The position numbers and the translations under genes are program-made. 64,000 bases of DNA. Origin: Methanothrix sp. GTDB taxonomy: Archaea; Halobacteriota; Methanosarcinia; Methanotrichales; Methanotrichaceae. How positions within the stretch are numbered: the stretch's first letter is position 1; every line of letters starts with the position of its first letter. This document shows, one piece after another, positions 59,484 through 64,000 of the stretch. The stretch is taken from assembly GCA_963682135.1 (NCBI GenBank), contig OY821645.1, forward strand, positions 1,888,001 through 1,952,000. Direction: 5' to 3'. The notes below the pieces were generated by a model, which had not been told where the DNA came from, made no database searches, and worked only from the letters and a program-made list of their open reading frames with translations.

Positions 59484-60665
59484 TCAAAACTCAAGCAGAC
59501 TCCTCTGCACCGGCGCTGCCAGAAGCTTTGCCTCCTTGCGCCACTCTCCGGGCGGTGTTCTGATCCTTCTATCCATTTCCGCCAGCGCCTCCGCCTGGCT
59601 GGCAAATCGCACGGGAGTCGATTGCATGGCCGCTCTGGCAACCTCTCGAACCACCCATACTCCCAGAGGCGCCCAGTAGCTTTCGGAGATCTCCCGCACC
59701 GCCAGCACACCTGCCTGCCGGCCCCGGCGAGCGAGGTGTTCCAGGACTGCCAGGCGCGCTGCATAGTAGCCGCCCGCAAGAAGGCTGTACCCCTTGCGAG
59801 GCCGCGCATCTTCTCTGTCTGCACCTATGAAGCCCTCTTGCGCCCATACTGATCGAGCCCGCCAGATCTCCACCAGCTCAAAGCTGAAGGGCTGTGGCAT
59901 CAGAAGGATCTCGAAGTGATTTCCCAGGTCTTCGCCTGAGAATAGGTAGTAGTCATTGACCGGACTGCAGTCCAAGATAGTCTCCTTGAGCAACTTTCCA
60001 ATCATGTCGTCTGAAGCGGTGATCGACCAGCGAGTCGGAACGAGCTTTCTCTTCTTGCCCAAAAGGCCCAGGGAAAGCATGCGGGAAATGTGATCCGTAC
60101 CGATTCCGCCAGCATAAAGCTCTCCTATCGCAGCAGTGGCGCCCGCGTCCCTGTCCTCAACCATCTGGTCCACCTTCCTGGGAATGAGCGGATTGGTGGT
60201 GATCTGCATTCCCGACATTTCGGCCGAGGGCCCGGAAGGAGAGAGCACTCCATCAAACTGCAGACGGCCCTGGGGTGGCCGGTAAAAGGTGACCTCTGTG
60301 CCCACGGGTGCTGATGATAGGGCTATCTGCTGTATGGCTTCCAGCAGCCTTCCCGGGGCCTCCGCCTCTTTTACTACTATCTTGCTCTCGGAGCGGACCA
60401 TGGCCGAGCGTGCGGCTATGATCTCGCCGATGTCCATGGCGAGATTGGGCGGCTCCACGAGCCGATCGGTGCTGCCGCCTGCAGGCAACATGGGTCCGGC
60501 CCTCACCAGTGGATAGCCGTATCTGCCCACGAATACCTCGGGCGGTGACATGCCCTCCAGGCTGCGGCCAATGCGGGGCAGGGCCGCCGTCTCCTCCAGC
60601 CGGCGCAGTATGGGGCAGACAGGCCGCCCACACAGCCCACGGCCTTTGCAGCGAATGCATTTCAT
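59484..60665 (-). CDS. nreA: Nre-family PCNA-interacting DNA repair protein
   Basis: CIRCKGRGLCGRPVCP, SPPEVFVGRYGYP, LVPTRWSITASD, GGYYAARL, PLGVWVVRE, C-terminal PIP box QRSLLEF. Confidence 0.88.
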   Translation of the reverse strand: MKCIRCKGRGLCGRPVCPILRRLEETAALPRIGRSLEGMSPPEVFVGRYGYPLVRAGPMLPAGGSTDRLVEPPNLAMDIGEIIAARSAMVRSESKIVVKEAEAPGRLLEAIQQIALSSAPVGTEVTFYRPPQGRLQFDGVLSPSGPSAEMSGMQITTNPLIPRKVDQMVEDRDAGATAAIGELYAGGIGTDHISRMLSLGLLGKKRKLVPTRWSITASDDMIGKLLKETILDCSPVNDYYLFSGEDLGNHFEILLMPQPFSFELVEIWRARSVWAQEGFIGADREDARPRKGYSLLAGGYYAARLAVLEHLARRGRQAGVLAVREISESYWAPLGVWVVREVARAAMQSTPVRFASQAEALAEMDRRIRTPPGEWRKEAKLLAAPVQRSLLEF

Positions 60666-60711
60666 TAATGCAGCAAGGCCCTTATAGGTTATATCACTAT
60701 TATTCCCCTCG

Positions 60712-61050
60712 ATGACAGACAGGTTGATACCGGCTATCGCCCAGGACGCCAAGACGGGAGAGGTTCTCATGCTGGCCTACATGAATGACGAAGCGCTGGC
60801 CAAGACCCGCGAGACGGGCAAGGCCCACTACTGGTCCCGCTCGCGAAAGAAACTCTGGCTGAAGGGCGAATCCTCCGGGCATTTTCAGAGGGTGCTGGAG
60901 ATAAGAATAGACTGCGATGAGGATGCTATTCTCCTGTTAATCGAGCAGGAGGGCGGAGCATGCCATACGGGTTACAGGTCCTGCTTCTATCGCACTTTAG
61001 ACGGCAATATTGTAGGCAAGAAGGTCTTTGATCCTCAGGATGTCTACTAG
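60712..61050 (+). CDS. hisI: Phosphoribosyl-AMP cyclohydrolase
   Basis: [35 protein letters not shown]. Confidence 0.95.
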   Translation: MTDRLIPAIAQDAKTGEVLMLAYMNDEALAKTRETGKAHYWSRSRKKLWLKGESSGHFQRVLEIRIDCDEDAILLLIEQEGGACHTGYRSCFYRTLDGNIVGKKVFDPQDVY

Positions 61051-62220
61051 ATGAGCCAGGCCAGGGAGGGAGATGAAGGCAGAGAAGGAAAAGAGAGAAC
61101 AGGAAGCTGCCGCAAATCCTACCCGCTTTACGATAGCCTGCTGCTCAAAGCCGAGGCCAGGGCGTCGAAGGGCCAGGCGCAGGGAACAAGGGTGTCGGTC
61201 GATGCCCACGGCCCGCTGGCCCATCTTCCTCTCATCAAGTCCGCTCTGCAGATGTTTGACGGGCAAATCGCCGCATGTGCAGACCGGGAAAAGCTCTGCC
61301 TCTCTACCTGGATCCCGCCCATCCCAAGCCGGGCCTTTTCCCGGTTGGCCGACAGCCGGCTGCGCGCCCTGCTGGGCAGGCGCACCCCGGACCAGGTGAC
61401 CATTTCCATCACCGAGGAGTGCCCCAATCGTTGCGCCCACTGCGCTCTGCCCGATTCCGGAAATAAGCTAAGCCTTGCACCCCAGACGGTCAAAGATATC
61501 ATCGGTCAGATCTTGGACATGGGAACCACACTGGTAATCTTCGACGGTGGCGAGCCGGCCCTCTACCGGGAGCTGCCGGAGCTGGTGGCATCGGTGGACG
61601 ACCGGGCCATCTCCACACTCTTCACCTCGGGAGCAGGTTTTACGCTACCACTGGCTCGCAGGCTGAAGGAGTCGGGGCTTTATGCCGTCAACGTCAGCCT
61701 GGACAGTCCTCTCGAGGCTGAGCATGACGGCATGCGCGGCCGGAAGGGTGTCTTTGGCGAGGCCATGCAGGCCATCGAAAATGCCCTTGCAGCCAGCCTG
61801 CTGGTGGATCTCTATGTGGTCTTGCGCCGGGAGAACATGCAGCATCTGCAAAGGTTTCAGGAGCTGGCTCGCCGCATGGGCGTGCACGAGCTGACATTTT
61901 TTGAGGTGGTCTGTACCGGTCGCTGGTCGGAGCGGCAAAACATCGCCCTTCTTCCCGCCGATCACGCCCATCTGGCCGACTTTGTGCGAAAGGCCGACGC
62001 GACGCCGCCCCGCATATTTTCCGTTCCTGAGGCCTACAAGCGCTTTGGATGCTTTGCCGCAACCAGCTGGATGCACATAACGCCTGGCGGAGAGGTATAT
62101 CCGTGTTCCTGCTATCCAGAGTCCTGGGGCAGCATCTTCGAGGAACCTGTCAAAAAGATCTGGCGGCGCATGAGGGCTTTTCCCTACAAAAAGAGCAAAG
62201 TATGTCCTATGAGAAAATAA
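61051..62220 (+). CDS. Radical SAM protein with SPASM/twitch domain
   Basis: CPNRCAHC, DGGEP, VSLDS, GCFA...ITPGGEVYPC; start uncertain. Confidence 0.88.
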   Translation: MSQAREGDEGREGKERTGSCRKSYPLYDSLLLKAEARASKGQAQGTRVSVDAHGPLAHLPLIKSALQMFDGQIAACADREKLCLSTWIPPIPSRAFSRLADSRLRALLGRRTPDQVTISITEECPNRCAHCALPDSGNKLSLAPQTVKDIIGQILDMGTTLVIFDGGEPALYRELPELVASVDDRAISTLFTSGAGFTLPLARRLKESGLYAVNVSLDSPLEAEHDGMRGRKGVFGEAMQAIENALAASLLVDLYVVLRRENMQHLQRFQELARRMGVHELTFFEVVCTGRWSERQNIALLPADHAHLADFVRKADATPPRIFSVPEAYKRFGCFAATSWMHITPGGEVYPCSCYPESWGSIFEEPVKKIWRRMRAFPYKKSKVCPMRK

Positions 62221-62341
62221 GGCGTTTTAATATCCATTTTAAGCAAAATTGCTCTGCCATGAAGCGTTCAAAATCCGATTCAAGTTAAACCAAATTTCCG
62301 AGAAGGCGTTTCAATCAATAAATCTATATAGGACATTAATC

Positions 62342-63229
62342 ATGAACAATATTGATCGAATTATGGATTTGACACCTGTTCAAAGAGACATCTTAACCGC
62401 ATTGATCAACATTCACCGTGTTGAAGGAAGAGCTGTGAAGGGCGAGGAGATTGCCGAGCTGATAGATCGAAATCCCGGTACCATTCGAAATCAGATGCAG
62501 TCACTAAAAGCACTCAACCTGGTAGAGGGCGTGCCCGGCCCCAAGGGAGGATACAGAGCAACGGGCTCAGCCTTCGAGGCGCTAAATATTGAAGCGACGG
62601 GAGATGTCGTGACCGTTCCTGTAATCCGCAATGGCGTGATGATGGAAGGGACAACTGCCAGCGAGATCATCTTCAACAAGGTCATGCACTCGCAGCTATG
62701 CGACGGCGTGGTGCGCATCATCGGCAACATCAGAGAATTCAATGTGGGAGACGGAATTGAGGTCGGGCCGACTCCCGTAAACAAGCTCTACATCAGGGGA
62801 ACGGTGACGGGCAGAGACGACACCATGAGCCGCCTCATCTTCCATATCGAGGAGATGATATCAGTGCCCAAGGTAGCCGTTAAAGGAATTGCCCGGCGGG
62901 CCATACACATACCGCCCACATCCTCTTTGCAGGAGGCATCGCGCATACTGGTGCACAACGGCGTCTCCGAGGCTCTGGTGGACGACAGTTCACCGGGATT
63001 GATCAACCTGGCCGACATCACTCGCGCAGTGGCGGACGGCAGGACCAATCAGGAGGCCAGGGAGATCATGAACCGCAGCTTCTTGACTATCGACTCCGAG
63101 GAGCCCATCTACGAGGCCATCAAGATGCTGGGCCGGACTGGCGCAAGCCAGCTGGTTGTCACCGAGCAGGGAGCCATGTGGGGCATCGTCTCACCCGGCG
63201 ACCTGGTTAAGACGCTTACTCCGGTCTGA
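62342..63229 (+). CDS. HTH (HrcA-like) transcriptional regulator with CBS pair
   Basis: LTPVQRDIL.ALI, KGEEIAE...RNPGTIRNQMQSLK, GPKGGY; C-terminal CBS domains. Confidence 0.85.
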   Translation: MNNIDRIMDLTPVQRDILTALINIHRVEGRAVKGEEIAELIDRNPGTIRNQMQSLKALNLVEGVPGPKGGYRATGSAFEALNIEATGDVVTVPVIRNGVMMEGTTASEIIFNKVMHSQLCDGVVRIIGNIREFNVGDGIEVGPTPVNKLYIRGTVTGRDDTMSRLIFHIEEMISVPKVAVKGIARRAIHIPPTSSLQEASRILVHNGVSEALVDDSSPGLINLADITRAVADGRTNQEAREIMNRSFLTIDSEEPIYEAIKMLGRTGASQLVVTEQGAMWGIVSPGDLVKTLTPV

Positions 63230-63890
63230 TCTCAGTTCCCGTGTGCCCGCCCAGGGCACCTTTTCTCAGATTTTCAATTTTGCTGCCTAAAACGATCGAC
63301 GTAGGTATCGAGCTTCTCTCGATGATCTTGGCGGCAAGCGGGTCCACAGGCGAGCGCGAACCGGCCTTCATCTCTGTTCCGGCAGCCATCCGGGCCAGGG
63401 CGCGGTGGGTCATGTTTGCCAGCTTTTTGGCAGACGGGTCCTTCTCGGGGTCAGCGGTGTAGACGCCGTCCACCGAGGTGGCCACGATGATCTTGTCGGC
63501 GTGCACGTACTCCGCTAAAAGGGCAGAGACGGCGTCCGTGGTCTGGCCGACGGCCACGCCGCCCATGACCACCACCCTGCCCTTCTGGGCCAGCCGGGCC
63601 GCGTCCGCGTAGCCCTCCGGGATCTCCTGGGGAGCGGCGTCGCCCAACGCGGCCACGAGCAGAGCCGAGTTGAGCTTGGTGGCACCTATGCCGATCTGGT
63701 CGCAAAACATCTCCGATGCGCCCAGGGCGCGCGCCTTGGTGATGTACTCGCGAGCGATCTTGCCGCCTCCTACTACTACGAAGATCTGGTGCTCGGCTGC
63801 CAGCTCCCTGAGGGCCTGGGCGTACTCCTTGAGGCTTTCTGCGTCGCGGCCTGCCAGGACGGAGCCGCCTAAAGAATAAACGAATATCAT
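63216..63890 (-). CDS. pyrH: Archaeal UMP kinase
   Basis: SLGGS, VVGGGKIAREYI, DQIGI, GQTTDAV, TSVDGVYTADP, DPLAAKIIERS. Confidence 0.93.
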   Translation of the reverse strand: MIFVYSLGGSVLAGRDAESLKEYAQALRELAAEHQIFVVVGGGKIAREYITKARALGASEMFCDQIGIGATKLNSALLVAALGDAAPQEIPEGYADAARLAQKGRVVVMGGVAVGQTTDAVSALLAEYVHADKIIVATSVDGVYTADPEKDPSAKKLANMTHRALARMAAGTEMKAGSRSPVDPLAAKIIERSSIPTSIVLGSKIENLRKGALGGHTGTEIRPE

Positions 63891-63951
63891 GAGGGAAGGC
63901 TAGCGGGGCGGGGGATAAAAGGATTGCTTGTGACGGCCCTAGCTCATCCAC

Positions 63952-64000
63952 TCAGCCATAGAGCTGCGGACGGCTTTCGGCGTGCTTGCTCTCGATCTCT
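63952..64000 (-). CDS. 3' end of a gene running in from beyond the window (partial)
   Basis: Open frame ...EIESKHAESRPQLYG* ending at 63952. Confidence 0.35.
   Translation of the reverse strand, partial: EIESKHAESRPQLYG

Noticed and set aside
61051-62220. Radical SAM/SPASM as sulfatase maturase or RiPP enzyme
   Set aside because: Lacks the Cys-rich anSME pattern, sits in core context after hisI and has no adjacent precursor.

Overview
64 kb of an archaeal methanogen chromosome, most likely Methanothrix/Methanosaeta-like (Methanotrichales). This is an inference from the F430 biosynthesis genes cfbA/E/D, GGGP synthase, TiaS, L40e, phosphoribulokinase, the archaeal SRP RNA and many secreted proteins. 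Core blocks lie at about 11-18.5 kb, 25.7-41.9 kb and 59.5-64 kb. Three accessory zones interrupt them: (i) 0-10.9 kb, a signalling region with an RsbU/V/W-type partner-switching operon facing a metallo-beta-lactamase/degenerate-kinase fusion, plus gene relics; (ii) 18.7-25.7 kb, an AT-rich surface-protein islet with an intact IS1634; (iii) 41.9-59.5 kb. The best finding is in zone (iii): an approximately 12 kb decayed integrative element inserted into the 3' end of the SRP (7S) RNA gene. It is bounded by a 29-bp direct repeat (41840-41868 and 53809-53837, 27/29 identical). It carries a broken serine recombinase not shown in the ORF track, an Abi-alpha-like gene, HicBA, an arylsulfatase, Cache proteins and an IS3. 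Second, a tRNA-Ser(CGA) gene has two non-canonical bulge-helix-bulge introns (D-loop 21/22 and T-loop 59/60). All product calls come from motif recognition by eye; no database searches were run.
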